DNA of 64,000 bases from Gemmatimonadota bacterium. GTDB lineage: Bacteria > Gemmatimonadota > Gemmatimonadetes > Palauibacterales > Palauibacteraceae. This document shows, piece after piece, positions 1 through 9,519 of this stretch. The notes under the pieces were generated by a model, which had not been told where the DNA came from, did no database searches, and was given only the letters and a program-made list of their open reading frames with translations. The stretch spans positions 2,848,001-2,912,000 of the forward strand of contig OY762926.1 of the NCBI GenBank assembly GCA_963666735.1. Reading direction: 5' to 3'. The position numbers and the translations under genes were made by a program. Every line of letters starts with the position of its first letter. The stretch's first letter is position 1.

Positions 1-869
1 GACAGGCGGCGCTCACGCCCAGCTACTACTGGGGTCCGTACCACACGATCTCGACCCATTCCGGTCGCGCGATCGAGACCTTCAACACGTTCGATGCCGC
101 GATCCGCCTCGATCTGGACGCGTTCAAGACGGCGCTCGAAGGCCAGATCGAGCGGCAGGGGCGGTCGCTCGTCCTGTTCAACTTCCCCTGCAACAACCCC
201 ACGGGCTACTCGCTCGACGAGTCGGAGTGGGAGGCCGTGGCGGAGATCGTGCGGGAGGCCGGCCGCCCGGGCCCCGTCGCGTTCCTCCTCGATCACGCGT
301 ACGCGAAGTTCGGCGACGAGGCGTCCAACCGCTGGATCGACTACATCCCGCGGATGCTGGAGTCGGCGACGGTTCTCGTGGGCTGGACCGTGTCGAAGTC
401 GTTTGCCCTCTACGGCGCGCGGGTGGGCGCGCTCGTGGCGCTTCACCGGGAGGCGGAGGAGCGGCGGCGGATCTCGAACGCGCTCGGGTTCTCATGCCGC
501 GCCACGTGGTCGAACTGCAACCACCTCGGACTGCTCGGCGCCACCGAACTCCTCACGGATCCGGCACTGCGCCGGCGCGCGGATGAAGAGCGCGCCGGGA
601 TGATTCGCCTCCTCCACGAGCGCGTCGCGGTCTTCAACGACCTTGCGGGGGGCGCGGGGCTGTCCTACCCCCGTTACGAGGGCGGCTTCTTCGTCTCGGT
701 GTTCACGCCGGACGCGGCGGTGACGGCCGCAAGCATGCGCGAGGCCGGGGTGTATGTGGTCCCGATGAAAGGTGCGGTGCGGATCGCCCTGTGCGCCACG
801 CCGGCGCACTCGATTCCCCGGCTGGTCAAAGCGCTGGCCGAGGGCATCGCGACCGCCCGCACCGCGTGA
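1..869 (+). CDS. Class I/II PLP-dependent aminotransferase (5' partial, runs off window)
   Basis: Frame open from position 3; NFPCNNPTG, LLDHAY and SKSFALYGARVG (PLP lysine) motifs. Confidence 0.9.
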   Translation, partial: QAALTPSYYWGPYHTISTHSGRAIETFNTFDAAIRLDLDAFKTALEGQIERQGRSLVLFNFPCNNPTGYSLDESEWEAVAEIVREAGRPGPVAFLLDHAYAKFGDEASNRWIDYIPRMLESATVLVGWTVSKSFALYGARVGALVALHREAEERRRISNALGFSCRATWSNCNHLGLLGATELLTDPALRRRADEERAGMIRLLHERVAVFNDLAGGAGLSYPRYEGGFFVSVFTPDAAVTAASMREAGVYVVPMKGAVRIALCATPAHSIPRLVKALAEGIATARTA

Positions 870-892
870 ACGGTCCGTCCGGGAGAACGACG

Positions 893-1420
893 ATGGAACG
901 ACACAAGACAGCTCTGGTGCTGGCTCCGACCCTCGTGCTCGTCGCCGCCGCGGCCGGTTGCGCCGGCCAGGCACCGCTGACGGATGCCGAGAAGCTCGCG
1001 CGCGTGGAAGAGATGGTGGAGGAAGTCGAACGGCGCTTTCCGGACGTGGAAGCGGTCACCGTGGAAGAGGTGGGGCGGCTGCTCGAGACCGGAAACGTCG
1101 TGCTCGTCGACGCCCGGGCGCCCCGCGAGCGCGAGGTCTCCTGGATCCCGGGCTCCATCACCTCCGAGGAGTTCGAGCGGGATCCGGACCGGTACGCGGA
1201 CCTGACCGTCGTGGCCTACTGCACGATCGGGCACCGGAGTTCGGAGTACGCGAAGCGGCAGAACGAGGACGGTCGGCGCGTCCTCAACCTGCGCGGGAGC
1301 CTCCTCTCGTGGACCCACGCCGGCGCGCCGCTCGTGGGCCCGGATGGGCCGACGAACCGGCTGCACGTCTACGGAGAGACCTGGAACCTCGCCCCCGCCC
1401 GCTACGAGACGACCTGGTAG
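893..1420 (+). CDS. Rhodanese-like domain lipoprotein
   Basis: Lipoprotein-like signal (AAAAGC), LVDARAPREREVSWIPGS and AYCTIGHRS active-site loop; GGAG upstream of ATG 893. Confidence 0.85.
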   Translation: MERHKTALVLAPTLVLVAAAAGCAGQAPLTDAEKLARVEEMVEEVERRFPDVEAVTVEEVGRLLETGNVVLVDARAPREREVSWIPGSITSEEFERDPDRYADLTVVAYCTIGHRSSEYAKRQNEDGRRVLNLRGSLLSWTHAGAPLVGPDGPTNRLHVYGETWNLAPARYETTW

Positions 1421-1466
1421 CGACGGCGAAGTAGCCGGGTCTCCGGTCGCCTGATCCGGGCGTCCG

Positions 1467-2051
1467 TCAGCGGGGAGCGTCGCCGAAGCCGGGGGCGAAG
1501 ATGGCGGAGAGGTCGATCAAGCCGACCTGCGTGTCGCCGAGGCGGAGGGGGAGCCGGCGGCCGAAGCGCTCGGGCCCGAGGTTCAATGCCGGGCCCTTTC
1601 CGGTTCCCGGGCCGAAGCGGTGCACGTCCACCTGGTTCTCCGCAGGGTCCACGATCCAGTACTCGCGCACGCCCTGGCGCTCGTAGAGCCGCCGTTTCAC
1701 GCCGCGGTCGCGCTCGGCGGTGGAGGGAGAGAGGACCTCGACGACGAGGTCGGGTGCCCCAACGAGCCCCGCTTCCTCGACGATGTGGCGCCGCTCGTGG
1801 GAGACGAAGAGGATGTCCGGCTGCACTCCCTCGCCGGTGGCCGGGAACTCGACGCCGGGGGTGGCCACCACCTCGCCGTGTCCGGGATCCTCCAACAACT
1901 CGGACAGCCTCAGCAGGAGCCGCTTGCTGACCACCTGATGGCGCCACTTGGGGGCGGCGGTCACGTGCAGTATCCCGCCGATCGCCTCGTAGCGGTTGCC
2001 ATCGTCGGGCATCCGCTGCGCGTCCCGCCAGGTGCTCTCGGTACGTTGCAT
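1467..2051 (-). CDS. Uma2 family (DUF820) putative endonuclease
   Basis: MPDDGNRYE, VQPD, GAPDLVVEVLSPST, GVREYWIVDP motifs. Confidence 0.92.
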   Translation of the reverse strand: MQRTESTWRDAQRMPDDGNRYEAIGGILHVTAAPKWRHQVVSKRLLLRLSELLEDPGHGEVVATPGVEFPATGEGVQPDILFVSHERRHIVEEAGLVGAPDLVVEVLSPSTAERDRGVKRRLYERQGVREYWIVDPAENQVDVHRFGPGTGKGPALNLGPERFGRRLPLRLGDTQVGLIDLSAIFAPGFGDAPR

Positions 2052-2132
2052 GGTCCGCACATCATAGCTTCGCGCTCGCGCCCAATCCAACCCGCAACCA
2101 ATGATGCGCGGCGCCGTCATCGCGCCCTCAAC

Positions 2133-2233
2133 CGCGTAGGGAAGAGAAGGTGGAGGAAGTCGAACGGGGCTCTCCGGACGCGGAAGCCGTGACCGTGGAA
2201 GAGATGGGGCGGCTGCTCGAGACCGGGAGCGTC
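2133..2233 (+). repeat. Degenerate direct copy of an internal segment of the rhodanese gene (about 1001-1099)
   Basis: GGTGGAGGAAGTCGAACGG...CCGTGGAAGAG.TGGGGCGGCTGCTCGAGACCGG occurs at both places with scattered mismatches. Confidence 0.85.
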
Positions 2234-2520
2234 CGGTTCATCGTGGCAACATCCCATCGCACGCAACCGATCAATAAAACTCAAATCCACTTAACTTGTT
2301 GCTGTTGCTTCGTTTCGCCTGTCTAGCTGCCATCGGGAACGCTTGGATTGCAGAACCTGATCAAATAACGTCGTCAGCTGCCGGAATTCGTTTCCTTAGC
2401 CCACCACGGCATGTACCGTCGCAGCCGCAACGCCGCCCCGGGGTCGTCCGGCACGATCACTCTCTCCGCGAATCGCCTCCGAGATAGCCGCGACGCCCTC
2501 GCACTAATCCCGAGACGGAG

Positions 2521-2913
2521 ATGACTGCAATGCGAACGGCGATGGCGTACGAGACGGCGCGGGGCTGCAAGGTCACGGATGTGCACGAGAAGAATCTCGG
2601 TTACGATATCACCAGCTTCGATCCGGAATCGGGCGAACTCCGCCTGATCGAGATCAAGGGCCTCGCCGCGCGCGAGGGCACGATCCTCCTCACGCCGAAC
2701 GAGCGCCGGGTGGCCGAGGACCGACGAGACTGTTACTGGCTGTACGTGGTGACGAACTGTGCCGATGAACCGAAGCTTGAGGACCCGGTCTTCGACCCGG
2801 CCGGGCGTCCCTGGCACGAAGTCCGCAAGGTCCAGCACTACTACCTTACGGTGGATGCCCTGACGCAGCCGCTGAAGCTCCGCGAACGCGGGAGGAACGG
2901 TGACGACGACTAA
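2521..2913 (+). pseudogene. DUF3883 (NO VEIN C-terminal) domain; orphan C-terminus of an SNF2-type helicase
   Basis: AMAYE..RG..VTDVHEKNLGYDITS...RLIEIKG...LTPNE....YWLYVV; no helicase body upstream. Confidence 0.8.
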
Positions 2914-3625
2914 CGTGCGGGGGCCAGAGGGAAACAGCGGGACGACGGTCGATGGATCCGTTCTGGATGAGGTGGTCCGCCGCGTCGTCGAGGTCGCCCG
3001 CCCGGAGAAGGTCATCCTGTTCGGTTCGGCGGCGCGCGGGCAGTTGGGCCCACGCAGCGACCTCGACCTTCTGGTCATCGCCGACACCGATGATCGGTAC
3101 GAAACCGCAGGTGAGATTTACGCCGGGCTATACGGCGTCGGGATCGCGGTCGATGTACTCGTCGCCACGCCCGAACAGGTCGAGCGCCACAAGGACACCC
3201 CCGGCCTTGCATACAAACACGCCCTCGAGGAAGGAAGGCTTGTGTACGACGCGGCCGCGCCCGATCCCCACAGCCCGCAGCAAACTCGAGAGCCCGTGCG
3301 GCCCCGCGGCACCGTCGATCCCGTCCTGTTAGCCGAGGTCGTCCGCCGCGTCGTCGAGGCATCCGCCGCGCAGAAAGTGATCCTGTTCGGCTCCGCGGCG
3401 CGCGGGCAGATGGGACCCGGCGCGGACATCCCCCTCCTGATCGTGGCCGAGGCCGAAGATACGCTCGAGACCACCGCCGGAATCTACGAGAAGTTGTACG
3501 GCGTCGGCATCGGCGTGACCGCGGTAGTCACGACCCCCGAACACATGGAACGCCACGCCGACACGCCGGGACTCGTGTTCCGCCACGCCCTCGATGACGG
3601 CAAGGTGCTGTATGACGCCGACTGA
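2900..3625 (+). CDS. Minimal nucleotidyltransferase (MNT) antitoxin, tandem two-domain form
   Basis: Two copies of VILFGSAARG; first has SDLDLLV, second has ADIPLLI. Confidence 0.88.
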   Translation: MTTTNVRGPEGNSGTTVDGSVLDEVVRRVVEVARPEKVILFGSAARGQLGPRSDLDLLVIADTDDRYETAGEIYAGLYGVGIAVDVLVATPEQVERHKDTPGLAYKHALEEGRLVYDAAAPDPHSPQQTREPVRPRGTVDPVLLAEVVRRVVEASAAQKVILFGSAARGQMGPGADIPLLIVAEAEDTLETTAGIYEKLYGVGIGVTAVVTTPEHMERHADTPGLVFRHALDDGKVLYDAD

Positions 3626-4016
3626 TCGTCCTCCGGCGGTCGATCCGCAGGCCTGGCTCGACCACGCGCGCAGCAACCTGGTGCTTGCGAAGAACCGTAT
3701 CCCGGGCGTTCGTCTCGGCGACCTTTGCTTCAACGCTCAGCAGGCGGCGGAAAAGGCACTCAAGGGATTGCTTGCCTCCCGCAAGGCGGATGTCCCGCTG
3801 ACCCATGACCTGTCGCATGTGCTGGCGATCATCGAGGAGACGGGAATTGCCATCCCAGTCCATGTCCTCGATGCGGCACGATTGTCCCCATACGCGGTGG
3901 GTCCACGCCACCCCGAAACCGAGACCGCCAAGGATGTACCGGTCTCCCCGACCGCCTATGCGATGGCCGTCGACATCGCCGAACGCGTCATCGAATGGGT
4001 TGAGAGCGTCATTTGA
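3612..4016 (+). CDS. HEPN domain protein (MNT-HEPN toxin-antitoxin partner)
   Basis: CFNAQQAAEKALKGLL and THDLSHVL; overlaps MNT stop. Confidence 0.9.
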   Translation: MTPTDRPPAVDPQAWLDHARSNLVLAKNRIPGVRLGDLCFNAQQAAEKALKGLLASRKADVPLTHDLSHVLAIIEETGIAIPVHVLDAARLSPYAVGPRHPETETAKDVPVSPTAYAMAVDIAERVIEWVESVI

Positions 4017-4235
4017 TTCACAAGGAGTGTAAGCGGCTCGCCAAGGTGGACTTCCCGATTGCGGAGGTCTCCAAGCACGCCGTGCGCGAGAAGTCGATCC
4101 GGCACGGGCACCCCTCCACGCTGCACCTGTGGTGGGCGCGGAGGCCGCTCGCCTCCTCCCGGGCCGTGCTCATGGCGCTCCTGCTTCCCGACCCGTGCGA
4201 TGCACACTGTCCGGGCGAGTTCAAGGAGCGGGCTC
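4013..4235 (+). pseudogene. N-terminal fragment of DUF1156 DNA methyltransferase-associated protein
   Basis: KRLAKVDFPIAEVSKHAVREKSIRHGHPSTLHLWWARRPLASSRAVL; truncated after about 75 aa. Confidence 0.88.
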
Positions 4236-4782
4236 GGGTTCAGCGTCGACTTGGAGATTCCTGGCAACTATCCTCGGGGCGTCCCCGAGCTTAGGTGCAA
4301 TCGCCGGGAGATTCCGTGGGAAGCAGACCGGCATGTCTCTCCATGCGGGCGAGCTTGCCTCTGCGTCGCTTCCGAGTACCGAAAACACTGGCCTCGCGGG
4401 TCGGATCTGGCCGATTTCTTGCAGAAACGTCGTGAGACCCTATTTCATCGGGCAGGCGTACTATCAGGCGCACGGCCAGTGGCCCGCCGATCAAGAGAGG
4501 GCACATGGCCCCGAAGGAATCATGCAGGCTTACCGGGAACTGCTCGCGTCGCTCGGGTCGGAACCCGCTACCCAGTCGGTGATCGTCGGCTTCATCCGTC
4601 TCTTGGCGCGACGAAACCAACCTGGCGGACATGAAGCATGCCCTTGTGGAAGCGGCACTAGGCTACGGAACTGCCATCAGCCGCTCCTCAGAGAGCTACG
4701 GAGCACCGTCGCCCCAGAGCACGCTACTATCGACCTCGATTTCTTGACTTGGGCGGCCCAGGCTCAGCAAGACTCCGGCTAG
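4236..4782 (+). pseudogene. Frameshifted E2/UBC-like fold plus SEC-C zinc-motif protein (N-terminus lost)
   Basis: FSVDLEIPGNYPRGVP...DRHVSPCGRACLC in one frame, then VRPYF...ACPCGSGTRLRNCH in another; shift near 4425. Confidence 0.6.
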
Positions 4783-6427
4783 GAGCCTGCGCCGTAGAAA
4801 CCGATGGTGCGGCGCGTTTCGGGTGGTTATGGTGATGGCGTGCTGTGACGGGTTCAAGTTCGGCGCGGGGAGTTGGCGATGAGTGCGAGGTCTCTACCGT
4901 ACGATCCGGAGAGGATGCGGACGAGGTTCCGCCCGTACGATCCGGACCAGCGGTTGCTGCTGCCGCAGGATCTTCGCGAGTGGGTGCCGGCGGGGCATCT
5001 GGCGCACCACGTGAGCGATCTGGTGGACGCGCTGGACCTGTCGGCGTTCTACGCGCGGTACGAGGGGGACGGACGCCGTCGGAGCCCGTACGATCCGCGG
5101 ATGATGGTGAAGGTTCTGCTGTACGGTTACGCGACGGGGGTGTTCTCGTCTCGGAAGCTGGCGCGGAAGCTGGAGGAGGACGTGCCGCTCAGGATGCTGG
5201 CGGCGGGGAACTTTCCGGCGCACCGGACGCTGTGCGAGTTCCGGAAGAAGAACCTGAGGGCGTTCGGTGCGTTGTTCGCCGAGGCGGTGCTTCTGGCGCG
5301 GGAGCTGGGTCTGGCGGGGCTGGGCCGGGTGGCGGTGGACGGGACGAAGGTTCGGGCGAACGCGAGCAAGCGGAAGGCGATGAGCTACGGGCGGATGGGT
5401 CCGGAGGAGGCGCGCCTGGAGGCGGAGATCGCGGAGTTGCTGGCGCGTGCGGAGGCGGCCGACGCGGAGGAGGACGAGCGGCACGGGGAGGACGTTCGGG
5501 GCGACGAGCTGCCGGAGGAGCTGAAGCGGCGGGAGGACCGGCTGGCGGCGATCCGGGCGGCGCGGGCTCGTCTGGAGGCGGAGGCGCGGGAGCGCGACGA
5601 CGCGCGGGGCCGGGAGCCGGAGTGGGACCGCAACCCGAAGGGGGGGTCGCCGTACAAGCTGGCCTACGGGGAGCCGGAGGCGGACTCGCAGACGAACTTC
5701 ACGGATCCGGAGAGCCGGATCATGCGGACGAGCACGGAGGGCTACCAGCAGTGCTACAACGCGCAGGCGGTGGTCGACGGCGAGAGCCAGCTGGTGCTGG
5801 GGGCGGAGGTGACCGACAACGCGAGCGACCAGGGGCAGCTGGTGGAGCGGGTGGACGAGGTGTCCGGGCGGTTGGGGGAGACGCCGGGCGAGGTGCTGGC
5901 CGACGCGGGCTACTCGAACGAGGAGGATCTGGCGGCTCTGGATGCGCGGGGGATCGACGGCTACGTGGCGCTGGGCCGGGAGGGCAAGGGGGCCGGCAAG
6001 CCCGACCCGAAGAAGCTCCCGGCGACGGCGCGCATGGCGAAGAAGCTGGAGACTCCCCAGGGCCGGGCGGTGTATGCCAAGCGCAAGTGGATCGCCGAAG
6101 CGCCCATCGGGTGGGTCAAGGAGGCGATGGGGTTCAGGAGGTTCAGCCTCAGGGGCTTGGAGAACGTGCGCGGCGAGTGGGATCTGGTGTGTCTGGCGCT
6201 CAACGCGCGGCGCCTCCACGTCCTTCGGGCCGCGTGAGGGGCGAAATCTTCGCGCCGGAGGGCCTCCGGGGCCCGAAACGCGGCCGGATCCACCCGGAAA
6301 CGGCGCCGGCGCGGCGGCTTCGCCCGCGCGACGGCGGCTCCCGCCGACAACCGGCGCCCCTCAGCCTCCGGGCGGCCGCGCTTCCCGGGATCCGCCGCCC
6401 TTCGCGACCGTTCTACCGCGCAAGCTC
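4783..6427 (+). mobile_element. IS1182-family insertion sequence, complete
   Basis: 17-bp imperfect TIR (GAGCCTGCGCCGTAGAA / revcomp GAGCTTGCGCGGTAGAA); CTAG duplicated at 4779-4782 and 6428-6431. Confidence 0.92.
4879..6237 (+). CDS. IS1182-family DDE transposase
   Basis: PYDPRMMVKVLLYGY..G..SSRKLA, VAVDGTKVRANAS, NFTDPESRIM, LADAGY, KRKWIAEAPIGWVK. Confidence 0.95.
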   Translation: MSARSLPYDPERMRTRFRPYDPDQRLLLPQDLREWVPAGHLAHHVSDLVDALDLSAFYARYEGDGRRRSPYDPRMMVKVLLYGYATGVFSSRKLARKLEEDVPLRMLAAGNFPAHRTLCEFRKKNLRAFGALFAEAVLLARELGLAGLGRVAVDGTKVRANASKRKAMSYGRMGPEEARLEAEIAELLARAEAADAEEDERHGEDVRGDELPEELKRREDRLAAIRAARARLEAEARERDDARGREPEWDRNPKGGSPYKLAYGEPEADSQTNFTDPESRIMRTSTEGYQQCYNAQAVVDGESQLVLGAEVTDNASDQGQLVERVDEVSGRLGETPGEVLADAGYSNEEDLAALDARGIDGYVALGREGKGAGKPDPKKLPATARMAKKLETPQGRAVYAKRKWIAEAPIGWVKEAMGFRRFSLRGLENVRGEWDLVCLALNARRLHVLRAA

Positions 6428-6503
6428 CTAGGCTCGGACTGCCTGATGTTCAGCGGGTTCTCCGCCTCCAATAGGGGGCGGTGCGGCTCCCGCGAGGCTT
6501 CGG

Positions 6504-8039
6504 CTACGGGACCAGGTTTCCGCCTGCCGTGCGGGTGATAAAACCCGCCAGCGTCTCGCGCCACTGGGGGAGCAGGCTCTCCTCCACGTACATCATGTGT
6601 CCGGCGGCGAAGTCCGCCCGGGTGATGTTGTCGCGCAGGTCCGGCGGCAGGCCGAGTTGCTCCAGCGACCACACGATGGGGAAGTACGGCGTCGCGAAGT
6701 CGTAGATTCCGTTGATGAGCAGGACCTCGAGGCGCGGGTTGCGTTCGATCGCGTGCGCGAGGTCGGGTCCCACGTTGAGCGCCGAGCCGCCGAACGGGCC
6801 GCGCCGGCCCCCCTGCCGCTCCCAGTTCCACGGCCGCGCCATTCCGCTGGGCCAGTACTCGCGGTCGCCGTCGTAGCCGAGTTCGTCCCGCACGTAGGTG
6901 TTGAAGAGGGAGGTGTAGGCGGAACTGATGGCCGAGGATTGGGCGTCGTGGTCGGGCGTCAGGTCGAGCAGATCGCCCGTCGGCCCGGTGAAGCGCGTGT
7001 CCAGCCTCGCCAGCGTGAGCCGGCGGTCCCGCAGCAGCTCCTTCTCGAACGCCGGCGCGGAAACGCGCAGGTCGGCCTTGTCGAGGTACTCCATGCTCAG
7101 CCCCGTGTACTCGTGCATCTGCCGCAGCACCCGGGCGCGCTGTTCGGGATCCACGGCGGTGCCGGCGAGCAGCGCCTGCGCGTAGTCGGTCAGCGCCCAC
7201 GCCTCGACCTCCTTCATGAACGTCTCGAGGTCGTCCGGGCGTCCGCCCGGCAGCATGTCGTGGTACTCGGCCGCGACCGCGAAGGAGGGGACGTTCGTGA
7301 TGAAGCCGATGTGGGACCCGTCCGGGAACTGGAGCGTGTTGAAGTCGATGACGGCGGAGACGAGCACGATCCCGTTCAGGTCGATGTTCGCGTTCTGCAG
7401 GTGCCGGGCCAGCAGCACGGACCGCGTCGTGCCGTAGCTCTCGCCGAGAATGTAGCGGGGCGAGTTCCAGCGCTGGTTCTCGCTCAGGAAACGGCGGATG
7501 AACTGCGTGAGGGAGGCGGCGTCCTCGTCCATCCCCCAGAAGTGGGTCCCATCGGTGTCGCCGGCGGGTCGGCTGAACCCGGTCCCGACCGGGTCCACCA
7601 TCACGACGTCCGCGATGTCGAGCACCGTGTATCCGTTGTCGACGAGCGGGTACGGGGGCGGGGCCTGCTGCCCCACGTTGGGCGTCACCACGCGGCGCGG
7701 TCCCATGATCCCCATGTGGAGCCAGAAGGAAGCGGACCCGGGCCCTCCGTTGTAGGCGAAGATGACGGGGCGCGTGGACGGGTCTCCGCCGTTCGTCCGG
7801 AAGTACCCCGTGTAGAAGAGTTCGCCGGTTGCGTTCTCCTCATTGTCCCGGAGGATGACGCTGCCGACGACCGCTTGGTATTCGACCGTCTCCCCGTTCA
7901 CGACGATGGAATGGTTCGACTCCCAGCGCGAAGCCTCGACCTCGTCTCGGCCTCCGTCGCCGGAGCCTTCCTGCGCGAGCGCGCCCGCGGGCATGAGGCC
8001 GAGCGCGACAACCGGGGCGATCAACATGAGCGACTTCAT
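6504..8039 (-). CDS. Secreted S10-family serine carboxypeptidase
   Basis: Signal peptide, YNGGPGS, DPVGTGFS, GESYG, AGHMMY. Confidence 0.93.
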   Translation of the reverse strand: MKSLMLIAPVVALGLMPAGALAQEGSGDGGRDEVEASRWESNHSIVVNGETVEYQAVVGSVILRDNEENATGELFYTGYFRTNGGDPSTRPVIFAYNGGPGSASFWLHMGIMGPRRVVTPNVGQQAPPPYPLVDNGYTVLDIADVVMVDPVGTGFSRPAGDTDGTHFWGMDEDAASLTQFIRRFLSENQRWNSPRYILGESYGTTRSVLLARHLQNANIDLNGIVLVSAVIDFNTLQFPDGSHIGFITNVPSFAVAAEYHDMLPGGRPDDLETFMKEVEAWALTDYAQALLAGTAVDPEQRARVLRQMHEYTGLSMEYLDKADLRVSAPAFEKELLRDRRLTLARLDTRFTGPTGDLLDLTPDHDAQSSAISSAYTSLFNTYVRDELGYDGDREYWPSGMARPWNWERQGGRRGPFGGSALNVGPDLAHAIERNPRLEVLLINGIYDFATPYFPIVWSLEQLGLPPDLRDNITRADFAAGHMMYVEESLLPQWRETLAGFITRTAGGNLVP

Positions 8040-8052
8040 CTTTCCTCCTGCG

Positions 8053-8901
8053 CTAGCGGCCGGCGGCGGCCATTCCGAGGGCGACGGCCTCCGGCTGCGT
8101 GACGATGATCACGCGGAACCCCTGCTCGATCCGCATGGCGATGTCATCCACGCCGGCCGTGACCCCGCACGGCACGTCGAACTCGAGACAGGCGGCGAGC
8201 ACGATCTGGATCGCCTCCTCCACCTTCTCCATGTCTCCGTCGTAGACGCGCCGCAGGTCGCCCGGCCCCGGGGAGACGGCGCTGACTCCAAGGGTGGAGA
8301 CGATCTCCCGCACGTTGTCGATCCCGACCTGGTCCTCGATGAGGAGGAAGCTGATCAGGTGGCCGTCCGGATTGCCGGGCCAGGCGGCATCGCCGAGCGC
8401 ATCCACCGCGAGGGCGGCCTCCTCCGCGGTCTCGACGTGGGGGTAGACGATCCCGGAAACGCCCGCCGCCAGTCCCTGCGCGGCGCGGTCCCGCGCCTCG
8501 TCGTGCCCGTCCCGGATCGGCGGGATCCGCAGCAGCATGGGATGGGGCATCTGGTGCCCCGAGGCCTCCGACATCCCGGCGGCGTAACTCTCGAGCGCGG
8601 GGATGTCGAAGGGGCCGGATTCCAGCGAGTAGAACACGAAATCGAGCGGACGGTTGGCGGCCATGGCGGCGCCGGCCTCGGGCGTGTGATCGCCGGAGAA
8701 GAGTCCGAAGATCGCGTCCCCGGCGGCGAGTTGATCCACCATCCGCGTGTCGGCGGCCTCCTCGGGCTCCGCCATCGCTTCGCTCTCCTCCTCTCCCGGC
8801 GTCCCCCCGCAACCGTGGAAGAGAGCGATGCCCCCCGCGACACTCCCCACGAGTCTGAGGGTTCGGAGCGGCGGGTTCCTGCGCGTGTTCCTGGCAGCCA
8901 T
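8053..8901 (-). CDS. HpcH/HpaI aldolase/citrate lyase family protein with lipoprotein-like N-terminus
   Basis: GIVYPHVETAEEA, LLIEDQVGIDNVREIV, PGPGDL; N-terminal hydrophobic stretch ending FHGC. Confidence 0.75.
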   Translation of the reverse strand: MAARNTRRNPPLRTLRLVGSVAGGIALFHGCGGTPGEEESEAMAEPEEAADTRMVDQLAAGDAIFGLFSGDHTPEAGAAMAANRPLDFVFYSLESGPFDIPALESYAAGMSEASGHQMPHPMLLRIPPIRDGHDEARDRAAQGLAAGVSGIVYPHVETAEEAALAVDALGDAAWPGNPDGHLISFLLIEDQVGIDNVREIVSTLGVSAVSPGPGDLRRVYDGDMEKVEEAIQIVLAACLEFDVPCGVTAGVDDIAMRIEQGFRVIIVTQPEAVALGMAAAGR

Positions 8902-9054
8902 GAGGCACCTCTGGGGTTGGGAAGGCCGGTTTCCGACGGTTAGTCTAGGCCATGGACGAGAGGCCGTCGTCGCGCAGCAGGTGCGCGAAGCCCACGCCTT
9001 GTTGACCATCTGCCGGGTGTGGTTGCCGCGCATGGAGGAATGTACGGTCCTGCC

Positions 9055-9519
9055 TCAGGTGGCGGAACCGCGCTCGTGAAGGTCGAGGGCGACCGCACTT
9101 GTTTGCCCATGGAGCGCCAGAAAGCGGGCCGGCGTGATGATCGGTATACCATGGAACGGTGACATGGCGAGCAGGTCGTTGTCGCCCGTCACCAGATGGT
9201 TGGCGCGACCCATGAGGGCAGTCTCCAAGATCTTGTCGTCGGTGGGGTCGCGGCAGCCGAGCCTGGCACCGGCGATCGGCACCCATTCCGCAACCGCGGC
9301 CAGCAGCGTGACGAAAGCTGCTCGGGATTCCCTGCCCACGTAGGGGTCGAACTTCGAGCCGAGGATCCGATGGCGGAGCTCGGCGAACGTCTCGTCGCTG
9401 AAGAGAACGATCCCCTTGTCCGCTCTTACCAGATCGACCACCCTGCGAGGTGGCCCTGTCTGGGTGAGGACGGCGCTGATCAGAACATTGGTGTCGAGTA
9501 CGACCCTGTCAGCTATCAT
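9055..9519 (-). CDS. PIN-domain toxin of a type II TA system
   Basis: VVLDTNVLISA, CRDPTDDKILETA, LVTGDNDLL. Confidence 0.93.
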   Translation of the reverse strand: MIADRVVLDTNVLISAVLTQTGPPRRVVDLVRADKGIVLFSDETFAELRHRILGSKFDPYVGRESRAAFVTLLAAVAEWVPIAGARLGCRDPTDDKILETALMGRANHLVTGDNDLLAMSPFHGIPIITPARFLALHGQTSAVALDLHERGSAT

